Positions 24,343-34,660 of a stretch of 64,000 bases of DNA are shown piece after piece; the first letter of the stretch is position 1, and every line of letters starts with the position of its first letter. The DNA lies in assembly GCA_963665845.2 (NCBI GenBank), contig OY762492.1:1792001-1856000 (forward strand), written 5' to 3'. The translations under genes were made by a program, and so were the position numbers. Source of the DNA: Candidatus Poribacteria bacterium (lineage in GTDB: Bacteria > Poribacteria > WGA-4E > GCA-2687025). Below the pieces are notes generated by a model. That model made no database searches. It had not been told where the DNA came from and saw nothing but the letters and a program-made list of their open reading frames with translations.

Positions 24343-26235
24343 ATGAACAACTCCCGCGGCGTTAGACAAAGGCTGTATCCTCTCTGCGCATGCCTATTCA
24401 CCCTATGCGCATTCAATGCGTTTTCTTCAGAGATGGTCTCGCGCCTCGGCCTTCCTGAAGGCGCCAAGCTGCGCATCGGCAGAGGCATGATTAACTCGAT
24501 AGACTACTCGCCCGACAATACCCGAATTGCGGTCGGCGGGAGCCTCGGCGTCTGGATCTACGACGCGCGGTTCGGCGGGGAGATCGCGCTGCTTCGAGGA
24601 CATACGGGGCCTGTTACTTCAGCCGCCTACTCTCCAAACGGAAAGCGCATCGTCAGCGCCAGCGCGGACAAGACCGTACGCATTTGGGACGCCGAAACCG
24701 GCGCGCTTCTCAACACTCTTGAAGAACATAAGTACAGCGTCCAATTGGCGGCGTACTCTCCAGACGGGAAGCGCATCGTCAGCGGCGACTGGACTGAAAC
24801 AGTGCGCATTTGGGACGCCAAGACCGGCGCGCTTCTCAAAACGCTTGCGGGCGGCGCTCTATCGGCGGCGTACTCTCCAGACGGGAAGCGCATCGTCAGC
24901 GGCGGCTGGGATAAAACAATTCGAATTTGGGACGCCGAAACCGGCGAGGTTCTCAACGGGCTTGAAGGACATACTGACGGCGTCCGATCTGTAGCGTATT
25001 CTCCAGACGGAAAAACGATCGCCAGCTGCGACAATCACACGGTTCGGGTTTGGGACGCCGAAACCGGCGCGCTTCTCAATACTCATGACGTTGACGAGGA
25101 TTGGATCCATTCGGTCGCGTTTTCGCCGGACGGAAGGATCCTCATCGGCGGAGGATCTATAAAACTGTATATGTGGAGCGTCGTATCCGGGGCGCCTCTC
25201 CCCCCGTTCGATAGCAGTCCTAGCGGCGGTTCGATCGCATTTTCGCCGGACGGGCATTTTATCGCCGGCGCAGAAATGAACGGCGTCATTCGCATCTGGA
25301 ACATCGAGATCGGCGCTCTTGTCAGGACGTTTGAGGGGCATACGGGCCCCGTCAAGTACGGCTCGTTTTCGCCGGACGGAAAACGAATCGTCGTCGAATA
25401 CCATCGCACAAGCCTCCTGCATATATGGGATGCTGACACTGGCAAGCTTCTCAACACGCTGCACAATCTTGACGCTCATGTGGGCATGGCGGCATATTCG
25501 CCGGACGGCATGCGCATTGTCGGCGTGCAGGGCGATACGAACCTCCATATAGTGGACGCCGAAACAGGGAAGCTTCTGACCGCGGTCAAGGGAGGAGCGG
25601 ATAAGTTCGTTGCCGCGTCGTTTTCTCCAAACGGGCGTACCCTTGTCAGCGCTGGCTGGAACGGATTTGTTCAGATATGGGACGCCAAGACCGGCGCGCT
25701 TCTCAACACGCTCAAAGGCCATAGAAGGCGGGGTAAAAATGAGTATTCGCCGGTCTATTCAGCCGTCTATTCTCCTGACGGAAAAAAGATCGTCAGCGCG
25801 GGTTCGGAGGGTAGAATTCGGACATGGGACGCCGAGACCGGCGCGCCTCTCAACACATTCAAAGAAAAAGGATATATTTTATCGGCGGGATATTCTCCTG
25901 ACGGAAAAAAGATCGTCAGCGCGAGCGGCGCGGGCGAGGACCTGACAGTTCGCATCTGGGACGCCGACACAGGCGACATTCTCAAAACGCTTGAAGGACA
26001 TACGCACTTTGTAAGATGGGCGGTCTATTCGCCGGACGGCAAGAATATCGCCAGCGGCGGCAACGACACGACTGTTCGCATCTGGGACGCGGAAACAGGC
26101 GCGCTTCTCAAAACGCTTGAAGGACATACGGACGAAGTCGACTGGGTGGGATATTCGTCGGATGGGAAGACGCTGGGGAGCGCCAGCGACGACGGTACGG
26201 TTATCCTATGGGACCTCTCCGACATAAGCCCATGA
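24343..26235 (+). CDS. Secreted WD40-repeat protein (tandem paralogue)
   Basis: Same architecture and near-identical N- and C-termini to the previous gene; start placed at MNNSRG. Confidence 0.9.
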   Translation: MNNSRGVRQRLYPLCACLFTLCAFNAFSSEMVSRLGLPEGAKLRIGRGMINSIDYSPDNTRIAVGGSLGVWIYDARFGGEIALLRGHTGPVTSAAYSPNGKRIVSASADKTVRIWDAETGALLNTLEEHKYSVQLAAYSPDGKRIVSGDWTETVRIWDAKTGALLKTLAGGALSAAYSPDGKRIVSGGWDKTIRIWDAETGEVLNGLEGHTDGVRSVAYSPDGKTIASCDNHTVRVWDAETGALLNTHDVDEDWIHSVAFSPDGRILIGGGSIKLYMWSVVSGAPLPPFDSSPSGGSIAFSPDGHFIAGAEMNGVIRIWNIEIGALVRTFEGHTGPVKYGSFSPDGKRIVVEYHRTSLLHIWDADTGKLLNTLHNLDAHVGMAAYSPDGMRIVGVQGDTNLHIVDAETGKLLTAVKGGADKFVAASFSPNGRTLVSAGWNGFVQIWDAKTGALLNTLKGHRRRGKNEYSPVYSAVYSPDGKKIVSAGSEGRIRTWDAETGAPLNTFKEKGYILSAGYSPDGKKIVSASGAGEDLTVRIWDADTGDILKTLEGHTHFVRWAVYSPDGKNIASGGNDTTVRIWDAETGALLKTLEGHTDEVDWVGYSSDGKTLGSASDDGTVILWDLSDISP

Positions 26236-27068
26236 AAACGCGCATGTCGACAGCCCCCATCGCCTCGGAGCGCCTGTCGCGGTGGAGCCGCATAGAGAGC
26301 GCGCAGTTTTTTCGGCGGATGCGTCCGCATGACATGCGCGAATGGCGGCGCCTCGCCCTGCGCGTCGAAACCGCCGCCAAACAGCCGCTTCAACCTCCCC
26401 CTCCCAAAAGCCGCCCTGTCGACTGGATCGGCGCCGTCGAAGAGGGGCGCATACGGCTTGACCTCTCCCCCGCGCCGACCGACTCCGACGCGCCCAGCAA
26501 CGAAGAAGACCTGCGCATACAGGTGGCGGAAGCGGGAGACCTGCTAGGCTGTCTCGCCGCCCGTTCCGCCGATTCTTCTCCTGTTGAGGCGCTGCGCGAC
26601 TCGGCTGTCTGGTTCGTTCCGCTGGACGCCTTCCGCCGATTCATTCAGTGGCGCGGGGGCTGGGGCATGCCGTTCCGCCCGGTCTTTTTAAAACAGATGC
26701 CGCTGCGCGCCTTATACGGCAAATCGCGGAACGCGCGCGCCGCCTCCGCCCTGTTAGAGCTGCTGAAACGCGGAACCGAAAGCCGGGCAACGCAGCGCAT
26801 CTTAAAGGAGCGGTTCGGGGCGGGGCGTCTCGCGCGATGGATCGGGGCGGACGCCGAATGGACGCGCCGATGGCTTCAAAACGCCTGCGCCGAACGCATC
26901 CTGACGCGCCGCTGCCGCCGATGGACAATCGCGAACCTGTGGCGGCTCGTCCAATGGTCAGAGAAGGGCGCGCTGGAACGCAACTTTCAACTTCCGCCCG
27001 ATCCTTACGAAGAGGCGGCGCCGATGGAAACCGCCTTTTCAACGCGCCGCTACGACCGCTCCGCCTGA
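26232..27068 (+). CDS. Divergent Crp/Fnr-like regulator
   Basis: cNMP-domain-like AVEEGRIRL...AGDLLG...VEALRDSAVWFVP and HTH-like LARWIGADAEWTRRWL; ATGA overlap with the WD40 gene. Confidence 0.55.
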   Translation: MKTRMSTAPIASERLSRWSRIESAQFFRRMRPHDMREWRRLALRVETAAKQPLQPPPPKSRPVDWIGAVEEGRIRLDLSPAPTDSDAPSNEEDLRIQVAEAGDLLGCLAARSADSSPVEALRDSAVWFVPLDAFRRFIQWRGGWGMPFRPVFLKQMPLRALYGKSRNARAASALLELLKRGTESRATQRILKERFGAGRLARWIGADAEWTRRWLQNACAERILTRRCRRWTIANLWRLVQWSEKGALERNFQLPPDPYEEAAPMETAFSTRRYDRSA

Positions 27069-28093
27069 CTTTGCCGAAGGATCGTCAAGAAAAACGGCGC
27101 GCCTATCGCCGCTGTCAAGATGCCCACCGGCAGCTCCAGCGGCGCGGCGGCTGTCCGAGCGATCAGGTCGCATAAGGTCAAAAACGCGCCTCCAAACAGA
27201 CAGGAGGCGGGAACCGCCCTGCCGTTGTCGGAACCGACAAGGCGGCGAACGATATGCGGCGCGATGATTCCGACAAAACCGATCATCCCCGCCGCCGCGA
27301 CTGTACCCGCCGCTGTCAACGAACCGAGCAGCAGCATCCACCGTTTGAAACGCTCCACATTCAAGCCGAGAGACGCCGCCCGTTCCTCGCCGAGCATCAT
27401 CAGATTGAGCGCGGGCGCCAGACGCCAGCAGACCGCCGCTGTCGGAATCGTCAAGCAGGCGAGCAGGGCGGCGCTGCGCCAAGACGCCGATCCCAAATTG
27501 CCCATCATCCAGTACAACAGCCCGCGAAACTGCTGTAAAACGCGAATCCACAGGTACGAGGTCAACGCGGCCGCCAGAGACCCGACCGCGATTCCCGCCA
27601 GCAGAATGTCGGATAGGTTCAAGAACCGCCCTCGGCTCGCCAGCAGATACGCCGCCGCGACCGCCGCCAAAGCGCCCGCAAAGGCGCTTGCCGCGCGTCC
27701 TGCCAACGCTCCCGTTTCGGCTGAATTTCCGGACGCCGCCGCGGTTGCCGCGATAAAAATGGTCGCGCCGAGAGCCGCCCCCGGCGACACTCCGATGATA
27801 TACGGCTCCGCCAGCGGGTTGCGCAGCAGCGCCTGAAACAACGCCCCCACCGCCGCCAGCCCCATGCCCGCCGCGTATGCGGTCAACACGCGGGGCAGGC
27901 GGATGTTCCAGTACAGATGCGCCGCGCGGTCTTCCAGCGGCGCGCCGCCCTCAAAAAGCGTCTCCCGCCAGATCGAGAGCTGCTTCCCGACAGGTATCGA
28001 CACGGCGCCCAGGGCGCATGACAACAGAACCGCCGTCGCCCCCAGAATCGCCAGCCCCGTCAACACCCAGACGAGAGGCGCCCGCCGAATCAT
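27050..28093 (-). CDS. FecCD/BtuC family ABC transporter permease
   Basis: IRLPR, RNPLAEP, GEERAASLG, IGFVGIIAPH, ELPVGILTAAIGAPFF. Confidence 0.93.
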   Translation of the reverse strand: MIRRAPLVWVLTGLAILGATAVLLSCALGAVSIPVGKQLSIWRETLFEGGAPLEDRAAHLYWNIRLPRVLTAYAAGMGLAAVGALFQALLRNPLAEPYIIGVSPGAALGATIFIAATAAASGNSAETGALAGRAASAFAGALAAVAAAYLLASRGRFLNLSDILLAGIAVGSLAAALTSYLWIRVLQQFRGLLYWMMGNLGSASWRSAALLACLTIPTAAVCWRLAPALNLMMLGEERAASLGLNVERFKRWMLLLGSLTAAGTVAAAGMIGFVGIIAPHIVRRLVGSDNGRAVPASCLFGGAFLTLCDLIARTAAAPLELPVGILTAAIGAPFFLTILRQSQAERS

Positions 28094-28959
28094 GAGTCGG
28101 GATGCAGCAGCTGCGAGAGGCGGTCTAAGGCGGCGGGAAGGCGCGGGCCGGGGCGCGCCGCCTCGTCAGACGAAAACAGATAAATGCGCCCGGAACGAAC
28201 CGCCTCTAGAGACGGAAAACGGCGGCGCGCCCATTCGGCGGCCGCCTCGTTATGAACCAGCAGAATGTCAGGGTTGCGCAGGATGAGCGTCTCCTCGCTG
28301 AACGGCGCATAGGCGGAGCCGAGGTCGGAGGCGATGTTCTCGCCGCCGGCTTTCTGAATCATATCATGGTGGAAGTTGCCGGGGCCGACCGTTGAAAGCG
28401 GTTGATTCCATTGTACCCAAAAAACGGTTGGACGTTCTTTCCCCGCCGCGCGCGCCGCCGCCCGTTCAATTGCGGCAAAGAGCGCCTGTTCAAGTTCGCG
28501 CGCCTTTTCTTCGGCTCCAAACACTTTCCCCAGCGCCGCGATGGAACGCGCGATGGCATGCATATCGGAGCTGTCCATCGCTATATATTGAACGCCGAGT
28601 TCGCGCAGCCGGTCAGCGGATGCGTCTGTAAAGCCGCGCGCCCCGACCGCCGCATCGATTTTCAGCGCGGCGATCTTCTCATAGTTTAAGGAAAAATCGC
28701 CGATCGATTCCTTCTCTTTCGCTTCAGGCGGATAGTCGCAATTGCTGGTTACGGCGGCGATGCGATCCTCTAAACCGAGCGCGTACAGCGTCTCCGTCGC
28801 GCTTGGAAGAATCGATGCGATGCGCAGCGTCTCAACGTTTTCAAAATGCAAACCCCCTTTAGAGGGCGGATCGTTCGGCGCCTGCTTGCAACCCCAAACG
28901 CCTGCGGCTGCCGCGCACACCCATAACAACACGATCCAGCGCCGACGCCTGCCGCCCAT
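28090..28959 (-). CDS. BtuF-like helical-backbone substrate-binding lipoprotein (cobalamin/iron chelate)
   Basis: Lipobox VWGC, RIASILPSATETLYALG, CDYPPEA, RPGPR. Confidence 0.88.
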   Translation of the reverse strand: MGGRRRRWIVLLWVCAAAAGVWGCKQAPNDPPSKGGLHFENVETLRIASILPSATETLYALGLEDRIAAVTSNCDYPPEAKEKESIGDFSLNYEKIAALKIDAAVGARGFTDASADRLRELGVQYIAMDSSDMHAIARSIAALGKVFGAEEKARELEQALFAAIERAAARAAGKERPTVFWVQWNQPLSTVGPGNFHHDMIQKAGGENIASDLGSAYAPFSEETLILRNPDILLVHNEAAAEWARRRFPSLEAVRSGRIYLFSSDEAARPGPRLPAALDRLSQLLHPDS

Positions 28960-29091
28960 TTAATCACCCCGATGACAACCGTAAGAGAGCAGGCTTAGAA
29001 TAACCGCCGAGCCGCCGTAACGCAACTGGCTATCCTGACAGCAGTACCTAGCAGATGATGGCATTTATTTTGCGCGGCGCCGATCCTTGCC

Positions 29092-29193
29092 GTCATTCCT
29101 GCGCAAGCGGGAATCTAGAGGAGGCGCAGACGACGTCCGCGGCTAAAACCCCCCTAGCCCCCCTTTTCAAGGGGGAAGCGGACGCAAGGTCAG
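29092..29193. repeat. Degenerate family-B element in reverse orientation: REP + C/G hairpin + TIR tip
   Basis: GTCATTCCTGCGCAAGCGGGAATC at 29092; hairpin at 29147-29175; GACGCAAGGTCAG (29181-29193) is the reverse complement of the 15029 TIR start. Confidence 0.7.
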
Positions 29194-29282
29194 TCGAATC
29201 GGCTTGACCTGGCAGCCGATTCTGTGACACAATTGAGAACCGACCTGAATCGATCGTATCGTCCGTACATTGGAGGAGAGGC

Positions 29283-30086
29283 ATGAAACGAACATGGGTT
29301 GTGAAATTAGCGGTTGCGGCTCTGGCGGCGGGAACGGCGCTCGCTGTCGGATGCGCAAAAAAGGAGGACAAACGGCCGACCCGTCCTGAAGCCGTGCGGC
29401 AAGCCCCGACGCCCGGCGGACAGGCTCCAACGCAGCTGCTCGGAACCGCGACCGTTACAGGCGTCGTAAAATATATCGGCGCGCCGAAGCGCCGGGAGAG
29501 CCTGAACAACCAGATGGGCGGCGACGCCGTATGCGCGGCCGCCGCGGCCGCCGGCTCCGTTTTGGATGAAACCTTTGTCATCGACGGCGCCACCGGCGCG
29601 GTCAAAAACGTGTTTGTGTATGTGAAAGACGCGCCGAAGGGAAAGTACGCCGTCCCCGCCGACCAGAAGGTTCTAGACCAAAAAGGCTGCGTCTACATGC
29701 CGCACGCCCTCGCCCTTCAGACGAACCAGACGCTGAACATTCTCAACAGCGACGACACAACGCACAATGTCAATTCGCAGTCGGAAATCAACAAAGGCTT
29801 CAACGAGTCGATGACCTCTGGCAGCGCAAAAATCTCCAAAAAGTTTCCGAAGCAGGAGATCTTCAGAATCAAATGCGACGTGCATGGCTGGATGGGCGCT
29901 TACGTCGGCGTGTTTGAGCATCCGTTCTTTGCAGTGACGGCTGAAGACGGCTCCTTCTCCATCGGACAGCTCCCGGCGGGAACCTATACGCTGGCGGCGT
30001 ATCATGAGAAACTAAAAGAGGCGGAAGCGACCGTCACCGTCGGCGAGGGCGGAGAGCAAACGGTCGAAATCTCCTTCGGCGGTTAA
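29283..30086 (+). CDS. Lipoprotein with cupredoxin-like and carboxypeptidase-regulatory-like domains
   Basis: Lipobox AVGC; DQKGCVYMPH, HNV, KCDVHGWM (type-1 Cu-like ligands), HPFFAVT..DGSF...LPAGTYTL. Confidence 0.75.
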   Translation: MKRTWVVKLAVAALAAGTALAVGCAKKEDKRPTRPEAVRQAPTPGGQAPTQLLGTATVTGVVKYIGAPKRRESLNNQMGGDAVCAAAAAAGSVLDETFVIDGATGAVKNVFVYVKDAPKGKYAVPADQKVLDQKGCVYMPHALALQTNQTLNILNSDDTTHNVNSQSEINKGFNESMTSGSAKISKKFPKQEIFRIKCDVHGWMGAYVGVFEHPFFAVTAEDGSFSIGQLPAGTYTLAAYHEKLKEAEATVTVGEGGEQTVEISFGG

Positions 30087-30118
30087 ACGGACAGGACAAC
30101 TTTGGAACGAGACAGCGT

Positions 30119-30997
30119 ATGAACAGATCCTTGAAACGGCTCATCGGCTGCGCGGCGGCTCTCTTCGCCTTGCTTACAGGCGCGTCAACGGCGCAAGAAC
30201 CGCTGCCGCTTCCTGAATACAGCGGATGGTGGCTTCCCGAAAACTTTTCTACCGACGGAGTCGTCATTGACCAGCTCTTCAACCTGATTCTGGTCGTGGT
30301 CGTCGTCGTGTTCGTCGCCGTCCAGGTTACGTTGATCGTGTTTTTGGTGAAGTACCGGGCGCGTCCCGGCGGCAAGGCAACCTACATCCACGGCAACAAC
30401 CGCCTTGAGATACTCTGGACAGCGGTACCCGCTGTGTTTCTCGCCGTTCTTTCTTTTTTAAGTCAGCAAGGATGGGTGAAAATCAAGCCGGCCGAGGGGT
30501 TCCGATCGGGAGAAGTTGGACAGGCGGGGCGCGAAGCCGACCTTGTCATTGAAGTGGTCGCCGAGCAGTTCGCTTGGAATATACGTTACCCAGGCGCCGA
30601 CAGCAAATTCGGACCGCGGCGCCCCGATCTGGTCTCCGTCGCCAACCCGATCGGCATTGATCGCGATCACCCGGACGGCGCCGACGACATCTTTCTCACT
30701 GGACAAATGCATGTGCCGATGGACAAGCGCATTCAGGTGAATCTCACCTCCAAAGATGTTCTCCACTCCTTCTTCCTGCCGCACAGCCGAGTCAAACAGG
30801 ACGCCGTACCCGGCATGGTTATCCAGATGTTTTTTGACGTCACGCGCGCCGGCAGTTACGAAATCGCATGCGCCGAATTGTGCGGCAACAACCATTACAA
30901 TATGAAGGGAACGCTCACCGCGCATCCGACCGTCGAAGCGTACCAGGCGGCAATTGACCGGTTTGCGCCCGCTCCAATCGCAGAGGACACGCAATGA
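30119..30997 (+). CDS. coxB: Cytochrome c oxidase subunit II
   Basis: LEILWT, QFAW, DVLHSF, CuA motif CAELCGNNHYNM. Confidence 0.93.
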   Translation: MNRSLKRLIGCAAALFALLTGASTAQEPLPLPEYSGWWLPENFSTDGVVIDQLFNLILVVVVVVFVAVQVTLIVFLVKYRARPGGKATYIHGNNRLEILWTAVPAVFLAVLSFLSQQGWVKIKPAEGFRSGEVGQAGREADLVIEVVAEQFAWNIRYPGADSKFGPRRPDLVSVANPIGIDRDHPDGADDIFLTGQMHVPMDKRIQVNLTSKDVLHSFFLPHSRVKQDAVPGMVIQMFFDVTRAGSYEIACAELCGNNHYNMKGTLTAHPTVEAYQAAIDRFAPAPIAEDTQ

Positions 30998-32817
30998 ACG
31001 AGACGCATCATGAAGAGCATTACCATGACCAGCGGGTCGGCTCGATCCGAAAATATCTCTTCTCCACCGACCATAAAGTAATCGGGCGGCAGTTTCTGCT
31101 GACAACGCTGTTTTTCCTGATTGTCGGCGGACTGCTCGCGCTCATTGTGCGGTGGCAGCTCGGCTTCCCCGGCGAAGCGGTCCCGCTCGGCAATCTCCTG
31201 CCCGAATCGATGGTCGCGGAGACGGAGGACGGCGGACACATACTCAAACCGGAAGGCTACAACGCCGCCTTCACCATGCACGCCTCCGTCATGATCTTCT
31301 TCGTCGTCATTCCGATGCTGGTCGGCGCGTTCGGCAACTTTGTCGTCCCGATACAGATTGGGGCGCGCGATATGGCGTTTCCAAAGCTGAACATGCTCTC
31401 CTACTGGCTCTTCTGGCCGTCGGCGGTCATTGCGCTTCTCGGCTTCTTTTTAGACCCGCTCATGGACGCCTTCGGAGCGATGGGCGGCGGATGGACGGCG
31501 TATCCGCCGTTGAGCGTCATCACCCCGGGTCTCGGCATCAACTGCTGGCTCATCGGCGTTCTGCTGGTCGGCTTCTCCTCGCTGGCGGGGGCGGTCAACT
31601 ATGTAACGACGATACTGAACATGCGCGCGCCCGGCATGTCGCTCTTCAGAATGCCGCTGACAACCTGGGCGGTTTTCATCACCTCCATTTTGACGACGCT
31701 GGCGACGCCTGTTTTGACGGCCGCCGTCACGCTCGTTCTGTTCGACCGCGTTTTTGACACCAGCTTCTTTTTGCCGCAGGGGTTGGTCGTCTCCCAAGAG
31801 ATGTTCAGAGACGGCATGACCGGCGGAGGGCAGCCGCTTCTGTTTCAGCATCTGTTCTGGTTCTATTCGCACCCCGCCGTCTATATCATGATTCTTCCCG
31901 CCATGGGCATCGTCTCCGACGTTCTCGCCACCTTTAGCCGTAAACCGATTTTCGGGTACCGCGCCATGGTGTTTGCCATCGCCGGCATCGCCGGACTCGG
32001 CTTCATCGTCTGGGGGCATCATATGTTTCAGAGCGGAATGAACCCGATGATGGGAACCACCTTCATGGTCTCTACGATGTTCATCGCGGTGCCGTCCGCC
32101 ATCAAAACGTTCAACTGGCTCGGCACCATGTACAAGGGGCAGATACAGTACACCACCGCGATGTGCTTCGCCATCTCCTTTGTGTCGATGTTTGTCATCG
32201 GCGGGTTGAGCGGGATTTTCATGGCGTCCACCATCGTGGACATCTACATCCATGACACGTACTTTATCGTCGCGCATATCCATTATGTGCTGTTTGCGGG
32301 CAGCATCATGGGGGCGTTTGCGGGGATTTACTACTGGTATCCGAAAATGTTTGGGCGGATGATGAACGAGAAGGCGGGCAAGCTGCATTTCTGGCTGACC
32401 TTCATCACGCTGAACGGCGTTTTCTTCCCGATGCATATCGTCGGACTCGGCGGAATGATGCGGCGCATTTACGACCCGACGCAGTACGCGCATCTGCAGC
32501 ATCTGCAGCCGCTCAATGTGTTCATGACGGTGTCGGCAATCGGGCTGGGTTTTGTTCAGATCATCTTCGCGGTCAACTTCTTCGGGTCGCTTGTCTGGGG
32601 GAAGCGCGCTTCCGGCAACCCGTGGCATGCGAATTCGCTGGAATGGCTCACCGCGTCTCCGCCGCCGATGTGGAACTTCGAGGAAACGCCGGTTGTTCAC
32701 CATGGCCCGTATGAGTATTCCAGCCCGCTCACAGAGGACGATTATCTGCCTCAAACGACGCCGCTGCCGCCGCCCGCCGAAGAGCCTGTCCCCGTCCCAG
32801 AGCCGACAGCAACGTGA
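30994..32817 (+). CDS. coxA: Cytochrome c oxidase subunit I (A2 type)
   Basis: STDHK, GWTAYPPL, WFYSHPAVY, VWGHHM, AHIHY, GMMRR. Confidence 0.96.
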   Translation: MNETHHEEHYHDQRVGSIRKYLFSTDHKVIGRQFLLTTLFFLIVGGLLALIVRWQLGFPGEAVPLGNLLPESMVAETEDGGHILKPEGYNAAFTMHASVMIFFVVIPMLVGAFGNFVVPIQIGARDMAFPKLNMLSYWLFWPSAVIALLGFFLDPLMDAFGAMGGGWTAYPPLSVITPGLGINCWLIGVLLVGFSSLAGAVNYVTTILNMRAPGMSLFRMPLTTWAVFITSILTTLATPVLTAAVTLVLFDRVFDTSFFLPQGLVVSQEMFRDGMTGGGQPLLFQHLFWFYSHPAVYIMILPAMGIVSDVLATFSRKPIFGYRAMVFAIAGIAGLGFIVWGHHMFQSGMNPMMGTTFMVSTMFIAVPSAIKTFNWLGTMYKGQIQYTTAMCFAISFVSMFVIGGLSGIFMASTIVDIYIHDTYFIVAHIHYVLFAGSIMGAFAGIYYWYPKMFGRMMNEKAGKLHFWLTFITLNGVFFPMHIVGLGGMMRRIYDPTQYAHLQHLQPLNVFMTVSAIGLGFVQIIFAVNFFGSLVWGKRASGNPWHANSLEWLTASPPPMWNFEETPVVHHGPYEYSSPLTEDDYLPQTTPLPPPAEEPVPVPEPTAT

Positions 32818-33773
32818 CGCGCGGACGAACGGCGTTCGCTTTTTTGACAGCCGCCTCCGCATGGGTTCTCATCGGCGCGGGCGGGCTTGTGACCAGCTCC
32901 GGCGCCGGGCTGTCGATACCGGACTGGCCCCTCGCCTACAACAGAATCATCCCCCCATGGGTCGGCGGCATCCGCATCGAATTCACTCATCGGGTCATCG
33001 CGGCGGTCGTCGCTGTCATGACAGGCGTTCTCATGGCATGGACGCTCAAAGCGGACGACCGCCCATGGGTGAGGCGGCTTTCCGCCGCGGCGTTTGCGGC
33101 GGTGCTGTTTCAGGCGGCGCTGGGCGGCTTGACGGTGCTTTTTTTATTGCCGACCGCCGTTTCCATCGCGCATGCGGGCTTGGCGGAGCTGTTTTTAGGA
33201 TGCCTCGTCGTTCTTGCCGCGGCGACGGCGGCGAACGGATCGGTTGAAAAAACGGCAGACTCGTTCCTTCTGCGATGCGCGGCCGCCGTTCCCGTTCTGA
33301 TTTTTATTCAGATTATGTTTGGGGCATGGACGCGGCATATCGGCGCCGGGCTTGCCATTCCCGACTTTCCGCTCGCTTACGGACAGATCATCCCGCCCCT
33401 TTCATCTGACGCGCTGCCTGAAATCAACCGCCAGCTGTTCGACGAGCATTCGCTGGCGTTTTTGAGTTCGACCGCGCCCATCGCCGTTCATTTTACGCAT
33501 CGATTGGGCGCGTTGGCGGTGTCCGCGGCGGTACTTATTTTTCTGATTGCCGCGCTGCGCCGTTCCCCGCGCGACCGAAAGCTGGTCGTTGTCTCTGCCG
33601 CGTTGACCCTCCTGCTCGCCGTTCAGATCTGCCTCGCCGCGTGGACGATATGGAGCCGCCTCTCCGTCTGGCCGACGACGGCGCATGTGAGCGTCGGCTC
33701 CGCCATGTTCGCCCTTTCGGTTTACGGGGCGGCGGATTGCTTCTTCCGCTATCGAAACGAGGCGTACGCATGA
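32814..33773 (+). CDS. ctaA: Heme A synthase (COX15/CtaA)
   Basis: GAGLSIPDWP, EFTHR, RHIGAGLAIPDFP, HFTHR. Confidence 0.88.
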   Translation: MTRGRTAFAFLTAASAWVLIGAGGLVTSSGAGLSIPDWPLAYNRIIPPWVGGIRIEFTHRVIAAVVAVMTGVLMAWTLKADDRPWVRRLSAAAFAAVLFQAALGGLTVLFLLPTAVSIAHAGLAELFLGCLVVLAAATAANGSVEKTADSFLLRCAAAVPVLIFIQIMFGAWTRHIGAGLAIPDFPLAYGQIIPPLSSDALPEINRQLFDEHSLAFLSSTAPIAVHFTHRLGALAVSAAVLIFLIAALRRSPRDRKLVVVSAALTLLLAVQICLAAWTIWSRLSVWPTTAHVSVGSAMFALSVYGAADCFFRYRNEAYA

Positions 33774-34660
33774 GCTTTGCCGCCGCCGCGCAACGCCTTC
33801 GCGTCTCCGCCTTTGTTGAGTTGACGAAGCCGCGCATCGCCTCTTTGGTGTCGATGACCGCCGCCGTGGGCTACCTCGCCGGCGCCTCAACGCCGATCCC
33901 ATGGACGGGGCTGGCGCATCTGATCATCGGAACGGCGCTGGCCGCCGGCGGAGCCAGCGCGCTCAACCAAACCATCGAACGCAACATCGACGGCAAAATG
34001 CGCCGAACGATGCTGCGACCGATACCGTCGGGGCGCGTCTCGGCTATAGAAGCGGGCGCCTTCGGATGCGCGCTCAGCGCCGCGGGATGCGCATATCTAT
34101 GGGCGGCGGTGAACGGATTGACGGCGCTGCTTGCCGCGTTGACGCTCGCCAGCTATCTGGGAGCCTACACGCCGCTCAAACGAATCACCTCGCTCAATAC
34201 GGTGGTCGGGGCCGTCCCAGGAGCGTTGCCCCCCGTCGGCGGATGGGCGGCGGCGCGCGGCGGCGTCGGGCTTGAAGCGTGGGTTCTGTTCGCTATTCTG
34301 TTTTTATGGCAGCTGCCGCACTTTCTCGCCATCGCGTGGATCTACCGCGACGATTACGCCCGCGCCGATCTTGCCATGCTTCCCTGCCAGGACGACAGCG
34401 GCGCCATGACAGGACGCCAAGTCGCGCTCTATACGCTTGCGTTGACGCCGGTGAGCCTCGCCCCCAGCGTTTGTGGGATGGCGGGCGGCTTCTATTTTGC
34501 GGGCGCCTTGGCGCTCGGATGCGCATTTACCGCGTTCGCCGGACGAATGGCATGGAAGCGCAGCGCCGTTTCCGCCCGCCGGCTCTTGACCGCCTCGCTG
34601 CTGTATCTCCCGCTCCTTTTCAGCCTTCTGATCATAGACCGATACAGCGGAGGATTCTGA
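33770..34660 (+). CDS. ctaB: Heme O synthase (protoheme IX farnesyltransferase)
   Basis: LTKPRI, ERNIDGKMRRTMLRPIPSG, YTPLKR, WQLPHF; ATGA-coupled start at 33770. Confidence 0.94.
   Translation: MSFAAAAQRLRVSAFVELTKPRIASLVSMTAAVGYLAGASTPIPWTGLAHLIIGTALAAGGASALNQTIERNIDGKMRRTMLRPIPSGRVSAIEAGAFGCALSAAGCAYLWAAVNGLTALLAALTLASYLGAYTPLKRITSLNTVVGAVPGALPPVGGWAAARGGVGLEAWVLFAILFLWQLPHFLAIAWIYRDDYARADLAMLPCQDDSGAMTGRQVALYTLALTPVSLAPSVCGMAGGFYFAGALALGCAFTAFAGRMAWKRSAVSARRLLTASLLYLPLLFSLLIIDRYSGGF

Noticed and set aside
28960-29090. Cobalamin riboswitch upstream of the BtuF-like gene
   Set aside because: No recognisable B12-box; the nearby GGGAA sequences belong to the REP and hairpin repeats. An Infernal RF00174 search would settle it.
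31450-32862. 470-aa antisense ORF over coxA (likewise 68-583, 3717-4655, 7192-8088, 16803-17729, 54950-55804, 62914-63918)
   Set aside because: These are shadow ORFs expected from high-GC codon bias, lying opposite or out of frame with well-supported genes, with no motifs.
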